A model generated the notes under the pieces. The model made no database searches. It was not told the origin of the DNA and saw only the letters and a program-made list of their open reading frames with translations. The translations under genes and the position numbers were made by a program. From the IMG/VR virus record IMGVR_UViG_3300042453_004886, positions 1-64,000 of that record: DNA of 64,000 nt. One strand, 5' to 3'. Shown one piece after another: positions 28,497-36,890 of this stretch. Position 1 is the stretch's first letter; every line of letters starts with the position of its first letter. The DNA is from a virus.

Positions 28497-31481
28497 ATGG
28501 ATACCAAGGGAAATCCTGGGTTTCTTTCAGACCCTACGTCTGATTTTATTATTCGTGAGCAGTATGTGATTCGTGACGAAAATGGAAACCCGACGGAAAC
28601 GCCCGTTCAGGTATTCGAGCGTGTTGCAAAGCATATTGCTTTGGTGGAAGCTCCTGAAGATCAGGAAGCCTACGCCGGCAAGTTCCTCGATCTTCACCTA
28701 TCGGGGGACTTCTGTGCAGGCGGAAGAATCCTTGCAGGTGCAGGAACAGAGCACGGCAATCTTTTGAACTGCTACACGCAGGGTGCAACTGAAAATGCTC
28801 CTGACACCTTTGAGGGCGTCATGGAGCTTGCCAAGAAGCTTGCAGTGGTCACCAAGGTAGGCGGCGGTAACGGCGTCAATCTAGATGAGCTCGGGCACGC
28901 TTCCGCAGAAGGCATTGCGCGTGTTCACGAGCCGTATGCCAAAGGTCCTCACTACGTCGGCATGGATGCCTCTCACCCGGACATCAAAGCCTTCATTCAG
29001 GGCGAGATGACCGATATTACCCAGTACGGCGCACCTCGCGTCAGAAAGCCTCTCAAGCGGCTTCAGAAGGTTGTGTACGGCGATAAGGCGTACATGACAC
29101 CTGAAATCGTTCAACTGGCTGCTGAAAACAACGTCATGGTTGTTGAAAACTCTGAAATGCGGCTTGAGCTTGAAGTTGCTACACATGACTCCATCACGGG
29201 AATCATGGATACCGCTGCCAAGCTTGCAAAAGCTGCTCTTGAGGGCAAGAGCTTTGCAGTTGATGTCAGCATGCTTCGTGCAGAGAATGCTTACATCCAG
29301 GGTTCTGGCGGTACCTCAAGCGGAGCATTCTCGTTTGTTTACGAGATCTTCGATAACTTTACCCACTGGGCACTCCTCGGTGGTCTTGAAGCAGGACCTA
29401 TTGCCACGCTTCGTTACATCTATGCACCGGTTCTTCGAGTCATCCGTCAGGGTGGAACACGACGCGGTGCAGGGATGGCCACGATTCGTGTCACGAATCC
29501 CAACCTGCTGGATTTCATCACGGCCAAGGATACCGACCGAGAACAGAATGAAGGCGATATTGGAACTTTCAATATATCGGTTCTGGTCACGCAGGAATTC
29601 ATCGAGCTGCTTCAGGCAGGAAAAGATGTTCCTGTTGCGTACCATCCGGTTAAAGCCAAATACCCTGATGTCAGGGGTCACGTTTCAGCTGCTTACATCT
29701 GGAATGAAATTGCCAAGCATGCCTGGTCAACAGGCGAACCCGGTCTTCTTTTTGAAGACAAGATCAATAAAGAATCCGCACTTGCTGCCATGGCAGAAGT
29801 GGATTCTAAATTTTGGATCAACAAGACTAACCCCTGTGGTGAGATTCCCCTTACTACGGGTGAGCCCTGTGACCTTGGAGCCATGAACTGGGCCAACTTC
29901 GTAGAAGGCGACCCGCTTTATGGGTGGTTTAACTACAGGCGCTTTCGAGATCAAGTTGCTCTGGCAACTCGATTTTTGGATAACGTTCTGGATGTCAACA
30001 ACTTCGTCCTTCCAGACAACCGCAATGCTTCTCAGTCCATGAGAAGACTTGGACTCGGTTTGATGGGGCTTGCAGATGCTCTGATCAAGATGGGTGTAAG
30101 TTACGATTCCGAGCAGGGTCGAAATCTTGCTTACTTGATTGCCAGAGCAGAGGCAGAAACGGCACAGAAGACCTCGGAAGAGCTTGGTGTCGAGCGCGGG
30201 GTATTTCCCCTGATGCTTGAGCATCCAGAAAAGTTTGAAAACATCACGCCTCGTAGAAACGTAGCGGGTCTGACCGCTGCGCCTACGGGAACCACTTCCA
30301 TGGCGTTTGCCGTAACCAGTGGACTTGAACCCATTTACTCGCTCGTGGCTTACCGCAAGGTAGGCGGCAAGTCGATCACCATCATCCACCCGCTGTTCAA
30401 GGAAGTTCTGGATGCTTCCAAGCCTACTGATACCTATAACAAGGATGGTCAGTGGAACTGGGATAAAATCCTGGATGACCTCAACAAGCATCACGGATCC
30501 ATCCAAGAACTTGATTTTCCAGCTGAGTTCAAGCGCGTATTCAAAATCGCTCACGATATCTCACCGGAAGATCACGTCAGGATGCAAGGCGTTATCCAGC
30601 GTGCGTTTGACGAGAACAGCAACTTCTACGGCAACAGCCTGTCAAAGACCATCAACATGCCTGAGGAGGCTACGGTTGAAGACATCCAGAATGCCTACAC
30701 GTTGGCTATCTCGGAAGGCTGCAAAGGCATCACGGTTTACCGAAACAACTCTCGTGCGTTCCAGGTTATTCGAACCTCAAATGAAGAAACCCAGACCGTG
30801 AATGCTCAGGTGTCAGAAGAAAACGCAAGTCTTAAGCTTGAGCTTGAAGCACTCAGGAAAGAACTTGCAGAAGCCAGGTCACAGCTTGCTCTGCATGACT
30901 GCCCTGAAGTGTGCGAAAGCGAAGACTGCATGGAAGCTCCGCGTAGGCGTGCTTCACGTCTATTTGGATACACGGAACGCGTTCAAACTGAAGAAGGACG
31001 CGTCTACATCACGGTCAACTACGACGAGGCAGGACCTCGAGAAGTCATTGCCAACCTGGGTAAAGGCGGCGGTGTCCTGAGCTCTCTGGTTGAAGCACTC
31101 GGAAGAGTTGTTTCAATTGGACTCAAGTACAACGTTCCTGTAGGCGAGTTCTTTACAAGCCTCCGCGGCATTCGCTCAGGCAGTCCTGTTGGATTTGGCC
31201 CTAACCAGATCTTCTCGGTGCCTGATGCCATTGCCAAGGTTCTTGGTGAAGCTCAGGAATACCAGTTCCTGCCTGTAAAGAAGGCACTATGCGCTCATGA
31301 GCACGATGAAACCTGTGAACCTGAAAACAAGCCACTTGAGCTCAAAGTAGCTGCTCCCAAAAAGCTGGATCCAGTAAAGGATCTTGGCAAGTCACCCGAG
31401 TGCCCTGATTGCGGGATTCCTCTGGTGTATGAAGAGGGCTGCTCCAAGTGCTTTGCATGCGGAACCGCCAAGTGCGGCTAA
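28497..31481 (+). CDS. nrdJ: Class II (adenosylcobalamin-dependent) ribonucleotide reductase
   Basis: GGRILAGAG...NC, QGGTRRGAGM, TNPCGE (thiyl Cys), CDLG, APTGT, SKTIN, KGITVYR; C-terminal TSCPD-like domain and CPDC...CFAC Zn ribbon; no small-subunit gene nearby. Confidence 0.95.
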   Translation: MDTKGNPGFLSDPTSDFIIREQYVIRDENGNPTETPVQVFERVAKHIALVEAPEDQEAYAGKFLDLHLSGDFCAGGRILAGAGTEHGNLLNCYTQGATENAPDTFEGVMELAKKLAVVTKVGGGNGVNLDELGHASAEGIARVHEPYAKGPHYVGMDASHPDIKAFIQGEMTDITQYGAPRVRKPLKRLQKVVYGDKAYMTPEIVQLAAENNVMVVENSEMRLELEVATHDSITGIMDTAAKLAKAALEGKSFAVDVSMLRAENAYIQGSGGTSSGAFSFVYEIFDNFTHWALLGGLEAGPIATLRYIYAPVLRVIRQGGTRRGAGMATIRVTNPNLLDFITAKDTDREQNEGDIGTFNISVLVTQEFIELLQAGKDVPVAYHPVKAKYPDVRGHVSAAYIWNEIAKHAWSTGEPGLLFEDKINKESALAAMAEVDSKFWINKTNPCGEIPLTTGEPCDLGAMNWANFVEGDPLYGWFNYRRFRDQVALATRFLDNVLDVNNFVLPDNRNASQSMRRLGLGLMGLADALIKMGVSYDSEQGRNLAYLIARAEAETAQKTSEELGVERGVFPLMLEHPEKFENITPRRNVAGLTAAPTGTTSMAFAVTSGLEPIYSLVAYRKVGGKSITIIHPLFKEVLDASKPTDTYNKDGQWNWDKILDDLNKHHGSIQELDFPAEFKRVFKIAHDISPEDHVRMQGVIQRAFDENSNFYGNSLSKTINMPEEATVEDIQNAYTLAISEGCKGITVYRNNSRAFQVIRTSNEETQTVNAQVSEENASLKLELEALRKELAEARSQLALHDCPEVCESEDCMEAPRRRASRLFGYTERVQTEEGRVYITVNYDEAGPREVIANLGKGGGVLSSLVEALGRVVSIGLKYNVPVGEFFTSLRGIRSGSPVGFGPNQIFSVPDAIAKVLGEAQEYQFLPVKKALCAHEHDETCEPENKPLELKVAAPKKLDPVKDLGKSPECPDCGIPLVYEEGCSKCFACGTAKCG

Positions 31482-31488
31482 ACAAAAT

Positions 31489-31513
31489 CCAGGGGCGGCT
31501 TAGCCGCCCCTGG
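31489..31513 (+). terminator. Terminator after nrdJ
   Basis: CCAGGGGCGGCT-T-AGCCGCCCCTGG. Confidence 0.8.
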
Positions 31514-31551
31514 TAAACTTTTATGTTTAAAAATAAACGTATGATGGTAGA

Positions 31552-31866
31552 GTGATAGTATACGCTACCGCAAACAGAGAACAGGAGAACGCCATGATCC
31601 AGGCATTCTTATATGTACGAGACGCAGCGAGTTCTGCCAAGAAAGTTGTTGAGCGACTCATCATGCACCGTTGTTTTCAAGACGATGAGGACCTCAACGT
31701 CAACGAAGTCATGAAGAGCCTTGAATTTTACATCAAAGAAGAACAGCTCAATATTAAAGACGAGATCCTGATTCGAGTCAGGGAAGACCACAAAGTCAAG
31801 ACAGAAGAACTTGATCTCAAGAACTTTGCTGTATACACTCCAGATGTTTTTCCTGAAGGTTACTGA
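31552..31866 (+). CDS. Hypothetical protein
   Basis: 104-aa ORF; GTG start or an internal ATG with AGGAG RBS. Confidence 0.65.
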   Translation: MIVYATANREQENAMIQAFLYVRDAASSAKKVVERLIMHRCFQDDEDLNVNEVMKSLEFYIKEEQLNIKDEILIRVREDHKVKTEELDLKNFAVYTPDVFPEGY

Positions 31867-32228
31867 TGTACGTCAGGCTTAGAATCAGCGAACAACAAGC
31901 AAAAGAAATCAAAGCATTCTGGAAACACGAACACAGTCTCTGGTACGAAGAACAAAACAAGAACTTAGGTCAAAGAGAAATCAAGTTTGGTTTTCATGAT
32001 CTGGGAACTGCGTACACCTGGTTAACTTGCATGGGTAATCAGGGTATGCTATACCAAGACAAACTTGGTTGGGTCATCTCGTACTGGGGAAGAAGACACG
32101 CTGTAGGCGGTGTTGCCCTTCCCACGGAAATACTTGAAAAGTATTCACACTTATCCAGCCTTGAAATAGAAGAGTTCCAAAGTTCCAGATTAGATGTCAG
32201 TTGGTGGAAAACTTGCACAGGAGGTTGA
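31866..32228 (+). CDS. Hypothetical protein, paralog of 33919-34254
   Basis: Coupled start; shares LYQD..GWV..Y.G.R.A....ALP.EIL with its paralog. Confidence 0.7.
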   Translation: MYVRLRISEQQAKEIKAFWKHEHSLWYEEQNKNLGQREIKFGFHDLGTAYTWLTCMGNQGMLYQDKLGWVISYWGRRHAVGGVALPTEILEKYSHLSSLEIEEFQSSRLDVSWWKTCTGG

Positions 32229-32490
32229 ACACATCATGCCTATGACTGAAACCGATATTGAAATGCTCCAGCAAATCTGCAAAACTGTCCGTGAAGAGTT
32301 TATAAGCGCTATCTACATTTCTGCTACAAAGAGATGGAGTCCTTCAAGTGTACAGCGTGTTATTAAAGATGCTTTAGACCAGTGCTCCAAGATCGACGAA
32401 GAGATGATCAAAATTGCTTTTCAAGACTTGGATGAAAAAATTGATGACGACGGTCATTTTTACAAAACAAAAGAGCTAACTCAGGTATAA
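32194..32490 (+). CDS. Hypothetical protein
   Basis: Helical ORF; true start probably downstream of GGAGG at about 32220. Confidence 0.6.
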   Translation: MSVGGKLAQEVEHIMPMTETDIEMLQQICKTVREEFISAIYISATKRWSPSSVQRVIKDALDQCSKIDEEMIKIAFQDLDEKIDDDGHFYKTKELTQV

Positions 32491-32491
32491 A

Positions 32492-32728
32492 ATGTCTGCA
32501 AAACTGTTTACAGGTATAGCGGCTCCACTAATTTTGATTGCATACTTCATTACAGTTTTTTACCCCAATAAAAAACTGCTGTGGTCTTCTTTAGCATTAG
32601 CTGGAGCCGTATCTCAGCTGATAGGTGGGCTCATTTACAGAGATCTTGGAATCATTGCTTTAGAATCTGTTTTTGTTATGATCAATCTAGTTGCTCTGAC
32701 AACTGAATTATCTGAGAGTAAAAGCTAG
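32492..32728 (+). CDS. Small 3-TM membrane protein (PQ-loop/CBU_0592-like pattern)
   Basis: Three hydrophobic helices: GIAAPLILIAYF, SLALAGAVSQLIGG and IIALESVFVMINL. Confidence 0.55.
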   Translation: MSAKLFTGIAAPLILIAYFITVFYPNKKLLWSSLALAGAVSQLIGGLIYRDLGIIALESVFVMINLVALTTELSESKS

Positions 32729-32743
32729 AAAGAAACTATAGTA

Positions 32744-32932
32744 ATGGTTCCAAGAACATGCCTTGACCTGTTGAATACGATTCAAAAGAATATTGAATTT
32801 GCTTCAATAGATATTCATTTTATAAAAAATGAAGAACTCAAGAAAAAACTGGTAGAGCTTACCAAAGATCTTGACGATAAAGTCGAGTCTTTCAAGCAGT
32901 CGGAAAAATCCTTACTAAACGAAAGAATCTGA
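32744..32932 (+). CDS. Small coiled-coil hypothetical protein
   Basis: 62-aa ORF filling the operon. Confidence 0.55.
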   Translation: MVPRTCLDLLNTIQKNIEFASIDIHFIKNEELKKKLVELTKDLDDKVESFKQSEKSLLNERI

Positions 32933-32933
32933 C

Positions 32934-33299
32934 ATGAACTTCAGTGAATACCAAGAACTTGCAAGCAGAACAGCAAACCACTTGCTAGAACCAAAGTTTA
33001 GGCTCTCTGTAGCTGGCCTTGGGCTTGCAGGCGAAACAGGAGAAGCTGTAGAGCTTATCAAGAAGTGTGTTGGGCACGGGCACGAACTCAACCTCGAAAC
33101 CGTTACCAAGGAGCTTGGAGACGTGCTCTGGTACGTTGCAGAAATCTCCACGATTCTCCAGCTAAACATGAATGAGATCGCCGAGAAAAATATCGAGAAG
33201 CTCAAAAAGCGTTACCCTGAAGGATTCAGCAGCAACAGCAGTCAGGCACGTGTGGATGTAAATCCGAGACCCGTCGAGATCAAGCGAGTTGAGCTGTGA
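32934..33299 (+). CDS. mazG: MazG-like NTP pyrophosphohydrolase
   Basis: YQELASRT, LGLAGETGEAVELIKK, KELGDVLWYV and NIEKLKKRYP. Confidence 0.9.
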   Translation: MNFSEYQELASRTANHLLEPKFRLSVAGLGLAGETGEAVELIKKCVGHGHELNLETVTKELGDVLWYVAEISTILQLNMNEIAEKNIEKLKKRYPEGFSSNSSQARVDVNPRPVEIKRVEL

Positions 33300-33904
33300 G
33301 AATAGGAATTACCGGAACTCACGGCACGGGCAAAACAACCCTGGCAAATCTTCTGAGCTTGTATACCCGCATACCGCTAATCAAAGAACGTGCAAGAACC
33401 GTGGCCAAGCGCTGGGGACTTACACCTGCAACCATTCCTTCAAAGAACAAATTTGAGTTTCAGTTTGAAGTTCTTTTCGAGCAAATTATGCAAGAGAAAG
33501 AACATAAGTCCGGTTTTATTTCCGATCGAACGGTGTACGATAACCTTGCCTATTACCGAGCCATCTGGTGGCACCAGAACAGCTCTGATTACTACGACTG
33601 GTGGAATCACGACAGGCAAGATGTTCTCAACCACTGGGAAACGTTTGCAAAGTCTCGGTATGAGCACATCGTCAAGGAAAACAACAACTACGACTTGATC
33701 TTCGTGCTCAAACCCGAATGGGATCTGGTCGATGACGGAGAGCGACACACAGACCAATCGTTTCAAAAAACGATTGAGCATGAAATCGACACCATCATCG
33801 AACAGTACGCAAAAAGCCAGACAGAAGTTATTCTTCTGGAAGGCTCGAGCACACATAAACGCCTTGATTTGGCTTTAAATATTATTGAAGCTAGAACTGA
33901 ATAA
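33296..33904 (+). CDS. P-loop nucleotide kinase/ATPase (NadR-type AAA_28-like)
   Basis: IGITGTHGTGKTT, ERAR, ISDRTVYDNLAY and DDGER. Confidence 0.8.
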   Translation: MRIGITGTHGTGKTTLANLLSLYTRIPLIKERARTVAKRWGLTPATIPSKNKFEFQFEVLFEQIMQEKEHKSGFISDRTVYDNLAYYRAIWWHQNSSDYYDWWNHDRQDVLNHWETFAKSRYEHIVKENNNYDLIFVLKPEWDLVDDGERHTDQSFQKTIEHEIDTIIEQYAKSQTEVILLEGSSTHKRLDLALNIIEARTE

Positions 33905-33918
33905 GAAAGGAATATCAA

Positions 33919-34254
33919 GTGTTACTTACACTTGAACTATCAGACAACCAGGCAACAAATATCATCCAAAGCTGGATGAAAGCAGATATGAACGTGGATC
34001 TCAACATCTGCGAAGATCCTGAAGTCTACGGATTCACCGTGGACCCCATGGGAAACGGTGGCCGGTGGACAGAAGTAAACGGAGATGAAGCTAGCCTTTA
34101 TCACGATAGTGTAAACTGGGTTTTTGAATATAACGGATCTCGGGAAGCTTTGAATACTCCTGCACTTCCCGTTGAAATCCTTAAAGAAGCCGACCTGATG
34201 TTTTACTTCGATGAAGAAGAAACAGGATTGGATTGGTTTGAACTTCAATTATGA
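33919..34254 (+). CDS. Hypothetical protein, paralog of 31866-32228
   Basis: LELSDNQATNI..W and LYHD..NWVFEYNG.REA....ALPVEIL. Confidence 0.7.
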   Translation: MLLTLELSDNQATNIIQSWMKADMNVDLNICEDPEVYGFTVDPMGNGGRWTEVNGDEASLYHDSVNWVFEYNGSREALNTPALPVEILKEADLMFYFDEEETGLDWFELQL

Positions 34255-34430
34255 GCGTTGAAGACGATTACCACGACGAAGAATCTCACCGATTGGCGTC
34301 AAGAGCTCTGGCAAACATAGCAGAACTGATCGTTCTCAAATGGGCCAGAAATAGTAGGCCAAGTTCTTTTGAAATAGATTCCAAGTACCTGGAGATGATT
34401 GATCATATTCTTCCAGAAATTAATTACTGA
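34251..34430 (+). CDS. Small hypothetical protein (59 aa; absent from ORF track), paralog of the next gene
   Basis: MSVEDDYH...LASRALANIAELIVLKWARNSRP...INY*; ATGA overlap. Confidence 0.65.
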   Translation: MSVEDDYHDEESHRLASRALANIAELIVLKWARNSRPSSFEIDSKYLEMIDHILPEINY

Positions 34431-34441
34431 AGGAGAAAGCT

Positions 34442-34663
34442 TTGAAATCTAACGAAGAGCTCATCAAGTTATTTGCTTCCGAGATGTCTCAATCAGGAAA
34501 AATAAAAGGTATTTTAGCTCAGAGAGCCGTAAACTCTGTTGTTGAGATTATACTTAATGATTGGGCCCAGCTTGGAAGACCTGGTTTATTCCCTGTAGAC
34601 GGGGACTACCTTCACATTCTTGACAAGCTTCTTTGTGACGTTTCAATTAGCTCAGAGGAATAA
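34442..34663 (+). CDS. Small hypothetical protein, paralog of 34251-34430
   Basis: AGGAG RBS before TTG; LAQRAVNSVVEIILNDWAQLGRP. Confidence 0.65.
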   Translation: MKSNEELIKLFASEMSQSGKIKGILAQRAVNSVVEIILNDWAQLGRPGLFPVDGDYLHILDKLLCDVSISSEE

Positions 34664-34939
34664 ATGCTTGATTGGGTACTAAACCCAAACTTGGATAAAG
34701 TTACCAAGGAGCAGCTACACGCTGAACTGCTTAAAGCTTTTAACCTAATAAATACATCTAAAGAAGAAGAGCTGGTTCACAGAAAAATGCTTGAAAAAGC
34801 TTTGAAAGAACTAGCTCTTCTTCGTAATATTTTCAAAGAAATAAATAAAAACAAGGACAACCAGACATCAGAACTATTAAAATTACTGGTGTCATATGAA
34901 AAAGAATACAAAGAGATATGGAAAAACTATATTTTATAA
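34664..34939 (+). CDS. Coiled-coil hypothetical protein
   Basis: 91-aa ORF with GAGG RBS. Confidence 0.6.
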   Translation: MLDWVLNPNLDKVTKEQLHAELLKAFNLINTSKEEELVHRKMLEKALKELALLRNIFKEINKNKDNQTSELLKLLVSYEKEYKEIWKNYIL

Positions 34940-35024
34940 ACTAGTTTATAAAATGGGGTAAACTTGAAATTGAATGACACAGATCATTCAGGGATCCTTA
35001 AAACCTACAACGGTGAGGTATTAG

Positions 35025-35759
35025 ATGAGTAAACCCCGTCGTTCTCCTGCTGGACGTGGTCGTTCAAACTACGAAGGAGACATCGCTCAAGCGGGCCCAG
35101 TTCCTTTAGCGGCTAAAAAGATTGACACTAAAAAGCTAAAAACTGTTCCTTTTATTCCAAGAGGAAATCAGAAGTCAGTTCTAACTTGCATTAGCAAACA
35201 CGATCTGACTTTTTTAATTGGACCCGCAGGAACGGGTAAAACTTTTCTTCCTGTTGCTTTTGCAGTCGATCAGCTCATCAAAGGAAATATTTCCAAGATC
35301 GTTGCTGTCCGTCCTGCAGTCGAAGCAGGTGATTCCATCGGGTTCTTGACGGGTGGTCTTGCCGATAAAATGGGACCTTACCTCAGACCGGTTCTGGATG
35401 CCTTTGAAAAGTTTCTGGGTAAACCTCAGCTCGATTTGCTCATGGCATGCGGCTTGATCGAAATTACCTCCCTTACATACTTGAGAGGCCGCACGATCGA
35501 GGATGCTGTCTACATCATGGATGAGATGCAGAATGCAACGCCTGCACAGCTCAAGATGGCCCTGACCCGTATCGGGGAGAACTGCACCGCAGTAGTCACG
35601 ATGGACCCCGGACAGTGCGACATTCATCCTGAAGATTCTTGTATTAGAGAAGTTCACAGATTTGAGGGTGCCGAATCTATTGCCGTCGTCAGGTTCTCTC
35701 AGGAGCAAGTTGTACGCTCCAGAATCGTCAAAACCTTGCTTGATTGCTACAACGACTAG
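35025..35759 (+). CDS. phoH: PhoH-family ATPase
   Basis: GPAGTGKT, VRPAVEAG..IGFL.G, YLRGRT, DEMQNAT...LTRIG and VVRS.IV. Confidence 0.95.
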   Translation: MSKPRRSPAGRGRSNYEGDIAQAGPVPLAAKKIDTKKLKTVPFIPRGNQKSVLTCISKHDLTFLIGPAGTGKTFLPVAFAVDQLIKGNISKIVAVRPAVEAGDSIGFLTGGLADKMGPYLRPVLDAFEKFLGKPQLDLLMACGLIEITSLTYLRGRTIEDAVYIMDEMQNATPAQLKMALTRIGENCTAVVTMDPGQCDIHPEDSCIREVHRFEGAESIAVVRFSQEQVVRSRIVKTLLDCYND

Positions 35760-35768
35760 CTCAAAATC

Positions 35769-35799
35769 AAACCCCCTCTGGAGGCTCCAGAGGGGGTTT
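35769..35799. terminator. Bidirectional terminator between phoH and the endolysin
   Basis: AAACCCCCTCTGGAG-G-CTCCAGAGGGGGTTT between convergent genes. Confidence 0.85.
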
Positions 35800-35809
35800 A
35801 AAGCGTTCT

Positions 35810-36415
35810 TTAGTCTACCAAGATCTCTTTGTACTGAAACTTAACTTTACCGGCTTTCAGAGCGTCGTAGCGGCGAATAACGTCTTCCTTGAAAGGCAGA
35901 AACAGCCGACCGATATCAACCTTCTGGTTGCGTCCAATTTCCTTATCAACCCTCAGATGATCCGTAAGGTCATCCGTTCTAGGGTCGAGCTTATGCCAAG
36001 CCATGAACTCTGCCACGAACTGAGCTCCTACAGCCATCATCTCAGGAGTAACCGGACACATCCCTTGCATGGTATCTGGGTTGGTCTTGAACATGGCAGA
36101 AAAGCCTACACCAATATTGGACTTGTTAGCCTTGAAAGCGTGCTGACCATACTCTGAAATCTTCAAAGTCTTGATGACGTGCGCCTGATTCTTGGCTTGG
36201 TCAAAGATGATGTTGTAGTGGTAGCCATCAAAAGCCATGGCGTACGTACCCACAGACCAATGCATGGTAATACGCTCGATAGGACCAAGAGCCATACCGC
36301 GCTGCTCGTTTTCATGCTGAACAGTGTACTTAAGTCCATTGATTGTTCCTTGTAGAGGTCTTCCAGGCTTTGCAGCCTCTTTGCTCATGTCACGGTATCC
36401 CACAGCTTCCTCCAT
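35810..36415 (-). CDS. N-acetylmuramoyl-L-alanine amidase (Amidase_2-type endolysin)
   Basis: ITMHWS, YHYNI, GQHAFKANKSNIGV and LTDH zinc-ligand pattern. Confidence 0.8.
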   Translation of the reverse strand: MEEAVGYRDMSKEAAKPGRPLQGTINGLKYTVQHENEQRGMALGPIERITMHWSVGTYAMAFDGYHYNIIFDQAKNQAHVIKTLKISEYGQHAFKANKSNIGVGFSAMFKTNPDTMQGMCPVTPEMMAVGAQFVAEFMAWHKLDPRTDDLTDHLRVDKEIGRNQKVDIGRLFLPFKEDVIRRYDALKAGKVKFQYKEILVD

Positions 36416-36825
36416 ACTTGTTTCAGATACGGCATCACCTCAAATTGTCCCTGAGCCTGTACGGATCCCATGTAAACAATTTTAGGTATACTTTCCATCT
36501 CTAAGTATACAGCACGCATAGAAACTGAATGAATTCCTGGATCTGTTTTTAAAACAGCAATTCCATCTTTTATTGCAGGTATTACCTTAGACTCTTCGTC
36601 AACTGTAATAAGAATTCCATTTGGTTTCCTGCTGTGAACCTTTGTATTCAAATCAAAATTAGACCAGAGTATTTTTACTATTCCTTGATCCATGGTCATA
36701 ACAAGCACTTGAGCTTGATTTTTACTTACATGATTTTTGGGCTCAGCGCTTACCTTTAAAGCAAAACCAAGCCCAAATGACATAACAGCTAAAACAAGTA
36801 AAACAAATCTCCAAAGCTTGAACAT
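36385..36825 (-). CDS. Membrane-anchored or exported protein in the lysis cassette
   Basis: N-terminal hydrophobic helix (FVLLVLAVMSFGLGFAL); overlaps the endolysin start. Confidence 0.6.
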   Translation of the reverse strand: MFKLWRFVLLVLAVMSFGLGFALKVSAEPKNHVSKNQAQVLVMTMDQGIVKILWSNFDLNTKVHSRKPNGILITVDEESKVIPAIKDGIAVLKTDPGIHSVSMRAVYLEMESIPKIVYMGSVQAQGQFEVMPYLKQVWRKLWDTVT

Positions 36826-36841
36826 CTGGTCCCCCTGATTC

Positions 36842-36860
36842 TTACATGTACGTTTCTCCT
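36842..36860 (-). promoter_or_regulatory. SD + start-stop minigene (AGGAGA-7nt-ATG TAA)
   Basis: Directly read: AGAAGGAGAAACGTAC ATG TAA, 16 nt before the ATG of 36825. Confidence 0.5.
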
Positions 36861-36890
36861 TCTAGAGCCAGTAAAAACTAAAAATTACAA

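Noticed and set aside
28900-29400. Insertion in nrdJ as an intein
   Set aside because: No C/S-start and HN/Q-C/S/T end splice motifs and no LAGLIDADG blocks; it reads as a lineage-specific RNR insert
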